Under the pieces are notes generated by a model, which worked only from the letters and a program-made list of their open reading frames with translations, was not told the origin of the DNA and ran no database searches. From NCBI GenBank assembly GCA_951406725.2, contig OX597814.1, positions 52,886,001 to 52,950,000 on the forward strand: a stretch of 64,000 bases of DNA, written 5' to 3'. Of this stretch, positions 12,290 through 27,381 are shown piece by piece (position 1 is the first letter of the stretch; the number at the start of each line of letters is the position of its first letter). The DNA comes from Octopus vulgaris. Lineage: Eukaryota. A program made the translations under genes and the position numbers.

Positions 12290-12830
12290 TTTTGGTTGGT
12301 TTGATCCGGATGTCTACATAGTCTCAGTGCAACCAGATAAATATCTGCCACCAGGCCTCTACCATACTATGAAAGTCTTGCTTCCCTGGGTATGGACATG
12401 TTAAAGCTGTGACATCTGGCAACTGACTTGGTACACACCTACAAAATTATTCACCATCTTTCCAATAACAACCTTGAGCACTCTTTTGAATTCCATGTGT
12501 CTAATACTTGTAGACATGTTTACAAAGTCAAAAACAACACACCATCTATGACTTTTGGAAACATTGTTTCACACTCAGAATTGCTTAAACATGGAATAAA
12601 CTACCCACATCAGTTGTTAGCTCTCAGGACTCTACATCCTTGAAAACTTACTTGCTTCCTGAAATTCATCAACGGCACAACTGACGCCCCCACCTCCATT
12701 TCATTTTTAAAGATTTATTCACTGCTCACTTCCCAAGCATATTCTATGTACTGTTAATGCAATCTTGGTCACTTTTTCTGATGAGCTGCAGTGCACCTGA
12801 GCACTGTATACAATAAGTTAATTATTATTA
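12290..12830 (+). mobile_element. CR1/L2-like LINE 3' fragment
   Basis: DLVHTYKIIHHL..SNTCRHVYKV..FTLRIA*TWNKLP, then a 3' UTR and (ATT)n tail. Confidence 0.7.
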
Positions 12831-14684
12831 AATAACAATGAACTTACTGTATTTACTCATATATAAATCATACTCCTATTTTAGTATTAAATCATGATAC
12901 AAAATTGCTTTCCTTCATGTTCAAACTTTGCCTTGTGTATAGGTTGTTTTCAAGTTTTTCCAGTTAAATTCAGGTACAAATACTGCAACTGTGACACATT
13001 CCTAAGTTAAAGACAATAATGCTGTTGACTACTAAGCCTCTTGGGATTTATACTCAATGTTGCAATTTTAGGTTATTTAAATTTACTTTCCAGTAATGGC
13101 AGTTGACACTTGATGATAATCAGAGATCAAACCAATCAAAATATAGTGTAGATATAAATACTGGAAATATAAATGAGATTAATTAGCTTGTAAAATGATA
13201 ATCTTATAGAAATAGCCATTATGTCACAGTACTACATTTCATCTTTAATTTCAGATTTGTTGGTTGGGAGACTTATGGATAAGTTGATCAAAGGTCAAGG
13301 TTAGTGTGGTTAAACATTAGTAGCATTGACTAATATGTTCAGGAGAGATGGTGGTATCATTGGTAATATGACTGGACAATGTCTTGTCTTGACACTGTGT
13401 GACTGTTGTAAATGAGGATCACTTGTCATAAAAACAATGTCGTTCATTTCCAATATTCTGTGAAAATATGTCTGGCCATGGTGAAACATAAATCTTGCTT
13501 GGAAACAGGAGAGGATTGACAACAAGAAGGGCATTGGCTATAGAAAATCTACCTCAATAAACTTCATCTGATTAAGCAAGCATGGAAAAATAGACATTAA
13601 AACAATAGTGATAATGATGATGAATGAATGCAAGCTGGATAAAAGAGATGATGTTGACTAAGAATGAAGGATAAACACAGAAGAAACTGATCAAGAAAGA
13701 AAGTAGGAAGAAATGGTATGGTCAGATCACAACTGGTTTCATAAATGGGACGATACAAGATTAAGATGACTAGAAAGATATATAAGTCTTGCAAACTTTT
13801 CCAACCCATACCACTAACAAAAGTATTAACAAGATAATGACAGCAATAATAATGGTTATGATGATGATGAAGGTAATGATATGATGGTAACAGAATTAGT
13901 CTTTTCTACTATAGGCACAAGGCCTGAAATTTGGGGGGAAGGGGCAAGTCGCTTACATTAACCCCAGTTCTTAACTGGTACTTAATTTATTGAATCCAAA
14001 AGGATGAAAGGCAAAGTTGACCTCAGTGGAATTTGAACTCAGAACGTAGTGGCAGACGAAATATCGCTAAACATTTTGCCCAGTGTGTTAATGATTCTGC
14101 CAGCTTGCCGACTTATGGTAACAGAATTAGTATCAATGTTAAGGTGATGAGCTAGCTGAATCATTGGCATGCTAGACAAAATACTTTGCAGCATTTCATC
14201 TGTCTATGTTCTTGGTTCAAATTCTTCCAAGGCTGACTTTTATCCCTTTGGGGTTGATGAAATAAGTACCAATTAAACATTGGGATTGAAGTAATTGACT
14301 AAACCCCTCCCTCAATATTTCAGGCCTTGTACCTATAATAGAAAGGATTATTATTGTTAGTAGTAGTAGCAGTAGTTGTAGTAGTAGTAAGGATCACATT
14401 AACAAGTGCAACATGATAAAGACAAACATCTTAATTGCAAACTAGTGTTTCAATGATATTTTTATGTTTCGATGATGTTTCAAATATCTACCTAGCATTT
14501 GTTTTTAAACCTGTTGATGTAAATGACAGCTAAAAATACTGAATTAAATAAAAATGAGTGAATTCTAAATTTTATGAAAGTTTTAGTTTGAAACATTTAC
14601 CGATTTTCTACATTAATTGATTGGAACCAAATCTCTTTCTAGGAAAGTATTACAGCTAAGTGCAATTCTATGTGTGCTTGCACA

Positions 14685-14766
14685 TGTGTGTATGTATGTA
14701 TGTATGTATATATATATACCATTATATATGTATATATATATATATATATATATACCATTATATATG

Positions 14767-14804
<38 letters not shown>

Positions 14805-15012
14805 TACACACACAAACACACACTTTTCCATACACACACATATATATATATACATCTATATTTATGTGTGTGTGTGTATATATATATGTATATCTACATA
14901 CATTCATGCAAGCATCCATACATAAATTCATACACACATACATACACACATACGTGTATATATATATATGTATTTATGTATTTGTGTGTATGTATGTATG
15001 TATGTATGTATG

Positions 15013-15053
<41 letters not shown>

Positions 15054-15084
15054 TTGTGTGTATGTATGTATGTATGTATGTATG

Positions 15085-15131
<47 letters not shown>

Positions 15132-15400
15132 GTATGTGTGTATGTGTTAAACATCCAAATAATACATACAAACATACATATACTTGAACACCCCAATATA
15201 TTAGCTTTCACTTAACTGGCTGATACGCTCACTCTCCCATACATATAAATAAATTTCCACATAAAAGCAATCACATAACACACTGAATACATTGACATAT
15301 ATATATTTACATACAAACACATGTAAGTACCTATTGCAAAGAGCGTGCACACACATGCGTACACACAGACACAGACACACACACACACTAGAAACACATG
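14685..15400. repeat. compound (TA)/(TG)/(TATG) microsatellite field
   Basis: Directly visible. Similar fields at 128-320, 4065-4215, 27680-27780, 28675-28825, 29140-29250 and 32090-32420. Confidence 0.95.
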
Positions 15401-16633
15401 TAATTTCAATGCAGGAACACACAGGTACATACATCCATGTGTGACAGATTCTATTCTGGATGTCTTAATAAAATTTTCTGTTATAAATGCTTATCAAAAA
15501 GATAAGGTTGCACAAAAAGAAATCAAGATATTGGAAGTAAAAGATTTATGAACACAACCAGCATTGTGTCAGTAAGTTTTTTCTCATTCTTTACTAAAGA
15601 TTACTTTCAATCTACTTGATGACAGCTGCCTTCTAAGTCACTGCATATTTAAAACAGGTTTCAGATAAACAAAGTTACAACCCAATGGTAGAATGTGTAA
15701 GTTTTTATTGGTCTTTCACAGATAGATAGAAAGATAGCTAGTTAGCTAGCTAGATGGATGGATGGGTGGATGCCTGCATGCAGAAAAAACAGAACATCTA
15801 TGGATCATTGATAAGGAGTTTGCAATCCAGTACCTAAGATACACTTTTACTTTCATACCCACTACCATCACAGCAAACAGGATATGTATCTATCCACCTG
15901 CAGCAAGTGTGGCTAAATCTGGATTCTGGGAGAGGGAATGCAACTCCTTAATTCTTACACTACAAATGATTGTGATATCTGAGATAATAAAAATATGCAA
16001 GACCTTCTTAGGATTTAATGGATAAGTAAGCAAAAAGCTTTTCTTCACAACCTTGCTACCAAGCAGGTGTCTAATCAAATTTAAAAAGAGTAAAAGAAAC
16101 ATATACATACATATATGCATGCATACATGCATCGATGGATGGATGAATGTAGTAGAGGAGAGGAAATACAACAAGATAAAATGTTTGATGTTTACTGCCA
16201 TGAAGATCAAATATTCTTGAATGTACATATGGTAAATGAGATCAGATTGAAATTTTGACACATTTTGTGTTTGTGTCATATGCTGAACAGATTTGTATTA
16301 TAGCAAACAGGATAATTTACTGACTTGTATTTTAGCATTAATAGACAAGATATCAATTAATTATGTGTTCAGAAGCCTGCTTTTGGTGTCTCATGGGAAT
16401 GTGAAAATTTGCTACAGAATCATTAATGTCTCAATATTAATAATAACTTATCAACCCATATAAGAGTTTATTCAAAATTGAGCTACAATGACAAGGTTTC
16501 TTCTATCTGCCAAACCATTTGAATACACATTTCATGCTATGGATCAGTTATTCTGTGAATCTTATACCTTTACTTTAAATACATAACATAAATTAATCAC
16601 ATCATATTTAGCTCTCCTCTGGCATGTCTTTAA

Positions 16634-16853
16634 CCCTTTCAATACCAACCTGGCTGAAACTGCCTCTGGCCCTGTAGTACAAATGTCTTGTTTGCATAAG
16701 TTTTGAAATAAAATCTTCCACCAAACTTTAGTCACAATTTATGTTCCTAACACTAGCTTAATGATAATTAAGTTATTTTACTAAATTCTTTGATATATTT
16801 AAAATTAATTGAAAAAAACAGAGCATCTCAAAAGAAATTCAGTAATGAAAGGG
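16634..16853. mobile_element. piggyBac-like MITE (family 1)
   Basis: TTAA-CCCTTTCAATAC ... GTAATGAAAGGG-TTAA. Confidence 0.8.
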
Positions 16854-17512
16854 TTAAAGCATGACTGTCCACAGTTTGTGATTTCAAGCAGTTTATCACT
16901 CTTTAAATGTTGTAATTTGTTCATTTATATTTATAAGTAACTCTGCCTTACTTCACCCTTCTACACCCAGTCCTCATTAGAGTATTGTTCACATATCTCG
17001 TATATTGCTGCTATGGCACACACAAACATTATACATCATGTCCAAAAAGAGTCCTTCTGATTGGGACATCTGAAATCACAAACATGTTACAACCACTAAA
17101 CTTTTCATTTACTACATCCTTCTTTTTTTTTTACAACTGCTACAATGGTTCCTGGTCTCCTGAATTAGCATGCTGTGTGCAATCAACAGTGCATCTATCT
17201 TTCTTCTTCTCATCTTTCCTATTATGTCATACTCAATTTGTCTGGCCTTTTTCTCCCACACAACTGCAACTAAACAGAATTCACTTCTTGGTCATATTTT
17301 CCCAACAGATGCCAAGCTGAAATAAAGCCCATCAACCACATATAATAGGCTTCTTTCAGTCTTTTTCTATCAAATCCACTAACAAGGTTTTGGCTGGCCC
17401 AAAGTGCAAGTTAAAAACACTTGCTCAAGATGCCATGCAGTGAGAATGAACCCAAAATCAAGTGGTTGGAAAGTAAGCTTCTTAACCACACAACCATAAA
17501 TGTATAATAATA

Positions 17513-18352
17513 ATTCTTTCTACTAAAGGCACAAGGCCTGAAATTTGGGGGAGGGATAGTCGATTACATCTACTCCAGTACTTGACTGGTAGTTAATTTA
17601 TTGACCTTGAAAGGATGAAAGGCAAAGTCAATCTCAGTGGAATTTGAATTCAGAAGTATAAGGACAGATGAAATGCTGCTAAGCATTTTGCCTGGCATGA
17701 TAAACGATTCTGTCAGCTCACTGTCTTACAATAATAATAATAATAATCTTTTCTACTCTAGGCACAAGGCCTGAAATTTTTTTAGGGATGGGGCCAGTTG
17801 ATTAGTTCAACTCCAGTACACAACTAGTACTTAATTTATGGACCCCGAAAAGATGAAAGGCAAAGTCGATCTTGGTGGAATTTGAACTCAGAATGTAAAG
17901 ACAAATGAAATACCTCAAAGCATTTTGCCCAGCATGCTAACGTTTCTGCCAACTCGCTGCCTTACAATAATAATAATAATAATAATAGTAATGGTTTCAA
18001 ATTTAGGCACAAGGCCGCAAGTTTGGGGTAGGAGATGAATCGATTACATCAATTTCAGTCCTCAACTGGTATTTATTTTATTGACTCTGAAAGGATGAAA
18101 GGCAAGCCAGTCTCAGCAGAATTTGAACTCAGAACATAAAGACAGATGAAATGCCACTAAGCATTTTACCAGGCACACTAATATTTCTGCCAGCTTTCTA
18201 GTAATGGCACAAGGGCTGAAGTTTAGGGGCGGGGGGACTAGTTGATTACATTGACCCCAGTGTTTCACTGGTACTTAATTTATTGATCCTGAAAATATGA
18301 AAGGCAAAGTCGACTTTTGTAGAATTTGAACTAAGAATATAGTGATGGGCGA
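17513..18352 (-). mobile_element. array of ~4 tRNA-derived (Nin/Deu-domain-like) SINEs
   Basis: Repeated ttctac..ggcacaaggcctgaaattt..gaaaggatgaaaggcaaagtc..ggaatttgaactcagaa units, mostly separated by (AAT)n. The minus strand has a B-box-like gagttcaaattcc. Confidence 0.8.
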
Positions 18353-21183
18353 ATTCTCCATCTCAGAAATTTCCAATAAAATTGTCCCTCTCTGTACTAT
18401 TACTGCTACCACTAGCAACAGCATCCAATACTGCTTTCTTGTAGAATCTTACAGTGTTTAATGACATGCTTGATGAAGTCTTCTGTCAGTGATGTCATGT
18501 TTCCTTATTGACACAAAAACTTAACATATCACTAACATTTCAAGTTTTCCCTCTAGTGTCAGCTTGTTGACTGATGGTTTATCTCTAGAACATTTCTGTG
18601 GCTTCAGCAAAACAACAGCAACAACAACAAAAGTATAAAGGTCAAGGTTCAATTATCTTAACATTTCCACACATCTAAACATAATCCTCCCACTGATATA
18701 CTACAATTGTGAAATTAATGTCTGAGATACTTTGTTAAAATATTGTTAATGTCGGAAGAAAGGGAGTGAGAGAGGAAAGAGAAGGAGGAAAACAAAATAG
18801 AGAGAACAAGCATGTGCGTGCGTGTGTGTGTGTGGGTGTTTGCATATATGTGTAGGTATGAAAATGTATGCATTGTGGAATAAGTGGGAGTCAAATAGAG
18901 AACTGGAAAAGATGGGGGTGGTATAAATTCTTGTGAAAATTAGGTTTATAAGCTGGTTACAATTATACTGGAAGGATGCTGTGGTTGTTAATGATGGCAA
19001 TGATAAGGCTGTAGTCTAGAGCATAGCTCTTGTTATTTTTGATATTGCTGTGTTGTACCTCTCTCCCTGTCAGTCCTGAGTAAGTAAATCTTTAATCAAT
19101 GACATTCCAGCTGTAACCATCTCATCTTTTTTAATAGAGTAAGTTGCGATATGTGATAGTTTTGGCTGTTAATTTAATTCTATCACATCATCATCATCAT
19201 CATTTAACATCCATTTTTTGATACTGGTGTGGATTAGATGGTTTGACTGGAGAAGGTATGCTGGAGAGCTGCACTAGATTCCAGTCTGAACTTGGCTTGG
19301 CTTGGTTTCTACAGCTGGAAGCCCTTCCTAATGCCAACCATTCTAGAGAGTGTACCAGGTGTCTTTTACATGTCATCAGTACTGGCCACAACCATGATTT
19401 CACTTAGCTTGATGTGACTTCTCAAGCACAGAAAATTGCCAGAAATCTCGGTCACTTGTCATCGCTTCTGCAAGACTCAACAACCAAAGCTATCTAATAA
19501 AGACTTCCTTGTTAACATTATTGTATTCCTGTAAGTTTTGGTGGTGGTCACATAGAAGGCAGGGTTGTCTTAACTACCCTCAGGCAAACAATGCACTAGG
19601 GCCCCTATAAATCACAGCATACATAAATTAGCATTGTCCTTAGGTCTTGTGGGTGCCCCTGACAACAGCCAAGTATGCCATGCTTTAAACCTTTCACATT
19701 CAGATTACTCTGTCAAGTGTAATGCTTATATATTCAAATTGTTTTGAATTAATCATGTATAATATCGTAGTTTCAAGATTCTGATAATGTGATTGTTTAT
19801 TTTTAGAACGACATTGTAAAATAGGTGTGAGAGGCTGGATCTGGTCATCTTGTGCATAAAGGAGATACAATATTTGGTCTGGATATAACTATTTTAGATG
19901 TTAATGGGTCAAGACAGCCCTAAGTGGAAAAAGGATAGCTGGAGTGTTCTTATTGTTTTTCAGCATTTGTTTTAAGCCATTTACCTCCAAGCATAGTGTT
20001 TGGGATTAATAAGACTAATGATGCTTTAGTTCATATAAAGTTTTTGGGTTTATAAGGACTGGATAGGAAAAGCAGGATTCTTAGGCATTATTGTTGATGC
20101 TGATGGTGTGGCTGGTGGTGGTCTGATTGTTGTCATTGTTATTATTATTGTAGTTGCTGCTACTGTTATTATGGAAGGCTTAGTTGCATACATATCTTAC
20201 TATTGTTCGAGTGTGCCCTGTTTTTTGATCTGACCTAGGAGAATCATTTCCATAGCTTTCAAGTCATCCAAGACGCATACAGGAATAACTCAGTTGGACA
20301 AATATATTCATTGTTTAATTTGAACTCTTGAGTTTAGCATGTGAAGCAAATCTTATACATGGAGCTCCAGAGGAATTATAATTCTGTGAAAGCTGTACAG
20401 GATGGCTGTTATTTTACTTGTAGTGATAGCAGATATTATAATAGTGGCTGCTCTTTCAGTTTTTAGTACTGATTTAATTGTAATTCTTGATATGTTGGTA
20501 TGGTCCTTATTGCTGTTGGTATTGCACATTCTTAGTCAGATCTCATTGGCATTCACATTAAGAGAAATAGCTGATCTTAGATACTAACTATTTCACAGCT
20601 GAAAAGTTAATGTTAAGATGGAGAAAAGTAGAGTCATGTACAATGAGAAACAGCCAAATACAATTGGTTATAGTCAGGTATCACTAGACAGAGTGAGTTG
20701 TTGCTAAGTGAAACAGTAGTTTTACAAGACCAATTTTGTATTCAATAATAATTAACATAATATCCAAGACAGGTGGTGCTGCTGTCAGTTTTTGCACATT
20801 GTTTAACAAACACAGCAACATGATATTTCAGGCAGAGAAATTCAGGAAACATCAAGTGTTGAGATCTGTACAAGTAACAGCTAATAATAGAGTTATATAT
20901 AAGAAATCATTCGTGTAATAATAGTATAATATAATATAATATAATATGATATAATAAATATAATATAATATAATATAATATAATATAATACAATAAAATA
21001 TAAAATATATATTAATATGCCAAGGCTGAATGCATTATGCTCTCATGTGGTTAGCTGAAGGGAGAGGTGAAAAGTGAGAGAAAAAGGAGAGAGGGTTGTT
21101 AATGGCATGAAGTAGGAGGAAAGTAATAGTTATTACATTAAGACCAAGTGTATGATGCTGCACTTCAAGGAAGAGGTGAAGAG

Positions 21184-21214
<31 letters not shown>

Positions 21215-22379
21215 TTGATGGAAAAGAATGTGGGAGTGGAAAGCAGTTACATGATTTTAGATATAGTACAATAGAATAGTGCAACAGACAATAAAAATAC
21301 AAGTTTAGTCATTATCTTTTATCTTTTATTGTGGCCATGCTGGGGCACTGCCTTGAAGAAATTTTATCTTAATGAAAATGACCTCAGGGATCTTTTCACT
21401 TTCATTGGCAGATTGAGAAATTCATTTTTTGTAACTAAACACTTTCAAACTTCGAACACTGGTAGAATGTGTCATATAAAACATCTTTTACTCTTAGCAT
21501 TGTTGAGAAAAGTTTCTATTTACGAAGTTATTTTTTGTTAAAGTTGTTGTATTTTGGTAATTTCATCATACAGTTTTGAAAATAACAATGAAATTTTCAT
21601 GGGTACTGCTAGTATAATATAAATATAATATAATATAATGTGATGTAAGATGGTATAATATAATATAATACAGGATGATTGTAAAGCCTGGATATACAGG
21701 CAAAAATGCATATTATCAATGCATAACATTTTCGACAAGGCTTCTGCCATTAGTGATGCAAAGCTTGATGTGCTTTGAAAAATTCACAGGAACTCAGTAC
21801 ATTTCCATCAATTTCAGCACATTAATTCATCCAGACTTTATGCTCACCCTGTATAATATGTTGATTACAAACATAGATGTGAGTGATTAGAAGGAAGTAG
21901 AAGTAAAATTGTGAGATGTTCAAACTTTTCTATAGAAGACAATAAGAAATGGTTACAACTAGAAATTGAAATAAATTGTGTTTGGATTTAGCAAGGAAAG
22001 AATTTTATTTTACTCAATCACATTAGTTCCAAATAAACATAATTAATATTGGTTAAGAAATGACTATTATCATTGTTTTAATGTCCACTTTTCTACACTT
22101 GCATGGGTCAGATGGAGTTTATTGAGGCAGGTTTTCCATGGCTGGATGCCCTTCCTGTTGTCAACTCTCACCTGTTTCCAAGCAAAGTAATATTTCCCAT
22201 GGCCTACCATGTTTATTTTGCTGGATAGTGAAAATGAATGACATTAGTTAACAACAATTATGCAATGTCAAGACAAGGAGACACAAACATATATACACTC
22301 ACACACTCATGCATACATGCTGCAATAGAACTAGGACTTACTTGTGTTGAACTGAAAGGGAAGAGAGCATAACAAAACA

Positions 22380-22790
22380 GGATTATTTGTGAGAGTAAGG
22401 CTGTCCTAGAGGGGATGCATTTACATGGATAGTTCCTTAAAGACACCAAGAATGTGAAAAATCCTGACTCACAATGAGAGTGGTTCTAGAGTGAAAATTT
22501 AAAGAAAGAAGCATAGGATTTTGTAGGTGGCTAGTCAAGATCAAGCTCTAAACATTAGCTCAATGAACAAGAGTATTCATTCAACTACTTCAATGAACAA
22601 GCACCATGTTTGTAATCAGTGAGTGGAAAATATTGATAATTTTTGTAGCAGGTTGCAAAACGTTAACTCAAAAAAAGGATAAAGGCAATGTTACAACAGG
22701 TTTTGTCTCAATTTACATTGATCATTTTGTAAAAGATATGGAAGCAATGTTTCCCATATATAGTAAAATCTGGTACTATAAAAGGCTCTA
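22380..22790 (+). mobile_element. decayed R4/Dong-like LINE fragment
   Basis: MHLHG*FLKDTKNVKN..EWF*SENLKKE.., later IFVAGCKTLTQK, paralleling the 9.1-9.5 kb fragment. Confidence 0.55.
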
Positions 22791-23134
22791 GATTAGCCTA
22801 GTAGACCAAAAATTTCTATGGGATTTTACATTTTTTTTAATATCCATCATCCTTAAACAAACCTAATTCAGAGATCTTTTGAGTGGGATGAGCTACTTGA
22901 CCCATAGGAAATTCTATCTGGGCCTCACCTGCCAGGTTATGTGCTGTTTATCTTGATATGGGATCATCATGTCATGCACATATGGTTGTGATGCATGTAT
23001 CTGGGGTACTCTTATCAGACGAGTTATCATGTTGGGTATATTGGGCTTTGTACATTTGTAGCCCAGTGTCACTTTGATAGCATGCACTGCTCTCTCACTC
23101 AATAATAATAATGATGCTAATAATGATGATGATG

Positions 23135-23205
<71 letters not shown>

Positions 23206-23922
23206 CAACTTTTCTACTCTAGGTACAAGGCCTGAAATTTTGGGGGAGGGGGCTAGTTGATTAGATTGACCCCAGCATGCAACTGGTACTTAACTTATCA
23301 ACCCCGAAAGAATGAAAGGCAAAGTCAACTTGGCGGAATTTGAACTTAGAACGTAAAGACAGACGAAATACCGCTAAAAACTAAAACTGGCTCAACAAAT
23401 TACAATGATAAAATGATGGCAAGAAAAATCTTTACATGGCAAATACTAGGATAAGTTAAGCAGAAAAGAAACAAAGTAAAATCTTAACAGAAAATAACAC
23501 GATTAGGCACTGCACACATCTTATGTAAAGCACTTTCAACACAGTGAAAATAACAACATCAAAATAAATCAGAGCTTATATCCAAGGCACACAAAGCTTC
23601 ACTTGATAGTGCAGTGAAAGCATGTGATGAAGATAAGACTACTGAATAGTAATAATAACTCGCTAAAATGCTTGAATAATAAATGATTTACTTGAATGAC
23701 TTTCCATGAGGAAAAATTATCTTGACTGTCATGACAAAAAAAAAAAAAAGACAGCATACGTTTAAAAAGCCCAATAAAAATGTAACATGTTTGCCTATAA
23801 TTTTTCAAAACCTTAACTGTAATAATAGTGCTCATTCTGGACAACTACCAACAATAACAATGTTGTAAATAATCAAATTTTCTCAACAAATAAAAAAATT
23901 ATAGATGTTGCACGATTCTTAC

Positions 23923-24013
23923 GCTGGTGATATTGATGATGACTCATGCAGAGAAGCTCCACTGATTTCTTCACTTTTAATTGCCAGCAAAATTTCAACT
24001 TGTCTTCCTTGTT
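23923..24013 (-). CDS. MORN1: MORN1-like exon E (91 nt, phase 1-2)
   Basis: Acceptor tgtattag|AA, donor GC|gtaag. Encodes EQGRQVEILLAIKSEEISGASLHESSSISP (cf. MORN1 ESGRVLQI). In frame with exon D. Confidence 0.8.
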
Positions 24014-25947
24014 CTAATACATATAGAAGAGAAGAAAAATAAAGGAATGTTAATTGGAAAGGTAAAAGAAAGAGTGTTCATGCAAAATTGATATTTTAAC
24101 TTATTTTATGATTGATTGCTCAGATCATAATTTCTATAGGAATTAACTTGTCTTACAAAATATATTATAAAGTAGATATTTCATGAAACATAACCTTTCT
24201 ACCATAAATATGAGAGTAGGAAACATTGTTAATTTGTGACTAAAAAACTGATCTGAAAGTCTGAATTTGTGGTGTATATTTTTCGTTTAATTATTTCACA
24301 TTATTTCTACTGTTAGTATAGGTAAAATGGACTGTGCTTAACTTTAAAAATATGTATTTCATTAATGAAAAACCCCACCAAAACTCAGAAACATAGAATG
24401 TATTGTTTTTATGACTAGGCTTCTATTCAGAATGAGCCTTGTAGATGATACCAGCTCAAATATTTTCCAAATTTTAGCTGCTGTGTTATTAGTGACAAAC
24501 AAAGACCACACCTTTACAATATCAAAGAAGTTGCCAGCTTTTGAGTGTAGGTAAGTTTCTCAACTAAAGCCAGATCAAACAGTATAAGTGGGACAATAAT
24601 AAGACACAACTACTGTAATTTTCAACATTTATACTGTTAAAATTTGCACAAAGTATGAAATATGAGGATAATGGCAAGGTGATCACGCATTTTGTAAATT
24701 TGTCTGGGGCCATGTGATCTTCAAACATCTCCCTTTTTATGTAGACATACATAATATAGTTAAAAGACAATTGCAGTTCAAGCACTTAAATAGAAATATA
24801 ATCTAATTTTAAACACAAAATTATTTCAAAAACATGAATAACATAAACAAAAACAAAAAACAAAACAAAACCTATTTTGGTTATGTTTGATGTGCATCTT
24901 TCTTATTTCAGCTGTTATATAAGCAGAAGAAATATTTAATCCAATATTAACCAAAAAAATATTTTCTGTTAGGTTGGCTTTGCTTCTCATAGACTCATAA
25001 CTCACCCAGCATGCTGAACAGAAATTGGTTGTGTATCTTATATTTACAAAATTGGTTAAAATACCAATATTTCAAGAAGCAAAATATTTTTTACAACTTT
25101 GGTCAAATAATTATAATCAAGAAAAATTCACCTTTCTAGCTTTTGTAGTGTCTGAGATGTCTGAGTGGATATTCAACAAAGTGGGCTACACAGAGGTTTG
25201 ACCTTTTATGGCAATGCTGATAGTGATAAGATGATGATAATTATAGAACACACAACAAAAATAATGGTAGAAATTTGCTTTGGATGCAGTGTTGGTTTCT
25301 ACAGAAACATTGTATATGTTAAAGCTGACGACTTGTACAATGCTGTAAGAAGTATGCTACCCATATATAGAAATTATAGAGTGGTTTCAATCTCCAGATG
25401 AAGTTATATCATCTTCATTATGCTGATAGTACTCTTATAAAAAGGTATGGATGCTACAACATTCCATTTTTACTCTCTAAAATCAAACAGCCTTGAGTTA
25501 AGAAGAAACCAATATTTCATCAACTTGGCTTGATCTTAAGAAATAGAAGTGAGGCAAGCAACTGGCAAGCTCGAGCCTGCAGCCCAATTTTGGTTATCTG
25601 TTGTATTTATTTAACATGCTTATTGTCCTTCAAAAATGCATTAATGTCACACCACCACATTTTTCCTTGCATCATACATACAAAACTTAAGGCAGCGAGC
25701 TGGCAGAATCATTATCACACCAGAGAAAGTGCTTAGTGGCATTTTGTATATCTTTCTGTTCTGAGTTCAAATTCCACCGAGTTTGACTTTGCCTTTCATC
25801 CTTTTGGGTTTGATAGAATAGGTGACAGTCAAGTACTGAGGTCAATGTAATCAACTTCACCCTTGCCTTAAAAACTGCTGGTCCTGTACCAAAATTGGAA
25901 ATCATTATAATTACAAAACTTGATGCAAAAGTAAGTAAAGACTGAAC

Positions 25948-26158
25948 CTGGAATAATTGTATCCTCATCATCTTTGCATTGTACAACTATGTCAAAAGAT
26001 TCAAATTCATCAACAATTAGAACATCCATCTGTATACCAAATGTTAGCTTTGTAGCCATTTTTTCTGGAAGTCCATTGATCCATAATCCAGTGTAGGTGA
26101 TACCAGAAATATGTTTGATACAACCATATCCACTTATTACATCATTTGCCCATTGACC
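25948..26158 (-). CDS. MORN1: MORN1-like exon D (211 nt, phase 0-1)
   Basis: Acceptor tatttcag|GGT, donor G|gttcagt. Encodes GQWANDVISGYGCIKHISGITYTGLWINGLPEKMATKLTFGIQMDVLIVDEFESFDIVVQCKDDEDTIIP, including the MORN1-typical GLWING.P motif. Confidence 0.92.
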
Positions 26159-26957
26159 CTGAAATAGTAATGAAAGCAAGAAAAATTTCCAATTATAGAT
26201 TCTCTCACTAATGTTTAAGGTTAAATATCAACCATAAGAATTTCTCCTTTTCTAACTGCTGAAAACCACTTCAAATTAACTGTTAAGTAAAGAGACAAAT
26301 TCAATCAATCCGAAATGTTTTTCTGTAATAAATACCTTAGCATAACTGCTTGATAATTCAATTTTGCTGCTAACACCATCATGCAGATATTGCAAAATTA
26401 CTGGTGCTCATCATTCTGAGTTCAAATCCTACTAGAATTGATGCTTGACATTTTTAACTGTTGATAAACAATTATACTTTTTGGTTATAAATATTTCTTG
26501 TTTACTTTTCCTGATAACTCCTCCATGGAAAAACCTTCCTTGCTAATGTGCTGGAGCTAAAGCTTTGCCTTTTTATCTATAGAATGACTTCTTCAATGAA
26601 GCATCAGTTGGTGATAATCTGAGCCCTTCTCTGTTGAATTAGAGAGAATGCCCACCTTCTGGTCATACCACACATCAAATAATACTTCTCTTGTTATAGG
26701 ACCTCTTTTCTCATAATACTGATTCCATGGAAATATTTCTGTTTCTCCTGGTAATTTAATATGAATTTGCATGTTTTATCCACAGTGTTATTCTAAGTGG
26801 GTGGCTCAAGTGAAAGATTATTCTAAGATTGCCAAGTCAGTTGATCCCTTCATATTTTCATGTAACCCTCAACTCGTCTAGCCTATAAAAGAAGGTAACT
26901 CCATACAAATCTTGCATCCTGTTAACTATTGGGCTCATGACACATGTTACACTAGAT

Positions 26958-27302
26958 CAGTGGTTCCCAAAGTGGGCAGTTTTGCTCCCCCTGGGGGCAA
27001 TGGAAAGTTCCAAAAGGGCGTTGAAGAAAAGTGGGATGATAATGGGGTAGCGATTCATGTAAAAAATGGGACTGTAATGGGGTAGCGATTCATGTAAAAA
27101 ATGGGACTGTAATGGGGTAGCGATTCATGTAAAAACAACAAAATAATGGGTTCATTAGGTTAAGTTTTATTTGTGAAATACAGTTGCTTTGAATATGCTT
27201 CAGAAAGAGGTCTATGTCTTTGATGGTTAGTTGGGGTGGAAATGCTAGGAATGTAACCTGGGTGTCAAGGGGGTGGCAGCCTGAAAAGTTTGGGAACCAC
27301 TG
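26958..27302. mobile_element. hAT (Charlie-like) MITE
   Basis: TIRs cagtggttcccaaa / tttgggaaccactg with perfect 8-bp TSD CACTAGAT. Contains an internal 35-bp tandem repeat (~27040-27135). Confidence 0.92.
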
Positions 27303-27381
27303 CACTAGATCATTACAAGTTTTGACAGGCAACAGAATGGGATTGGCCCTGCATAAATCATGCCGACTACAATAATAAACC

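Noticed and set aside
12775-12815. CTGATGAG plus hairpin in the CR1-like tail
   Set aside because: There is no GAAA or cleavage triplet. It is the ordinary LINE 3' stem-loop.
14613-15434. Many 60-180 aa ORFs rich in YI/CV/HT (also 71-357, 4009-4263, 31986-32589)
   Set aside because: They are translations of dinucleotide and tetranucleotide microsatellites.
15430-15480. Possible extra minus-strand MORN1 exon (acag|...gtatgt)
   Set aside because: The open frame is not phase-compatible with exon E and shows no recognisable homology.
27040-27135. 35-bp repeats and SINE arrays superficially like CRISPR
   Set aside because: There are no unique spacers and the context is eukaryotic. The repeats are internal to a hAT MITE or are SINE copies.
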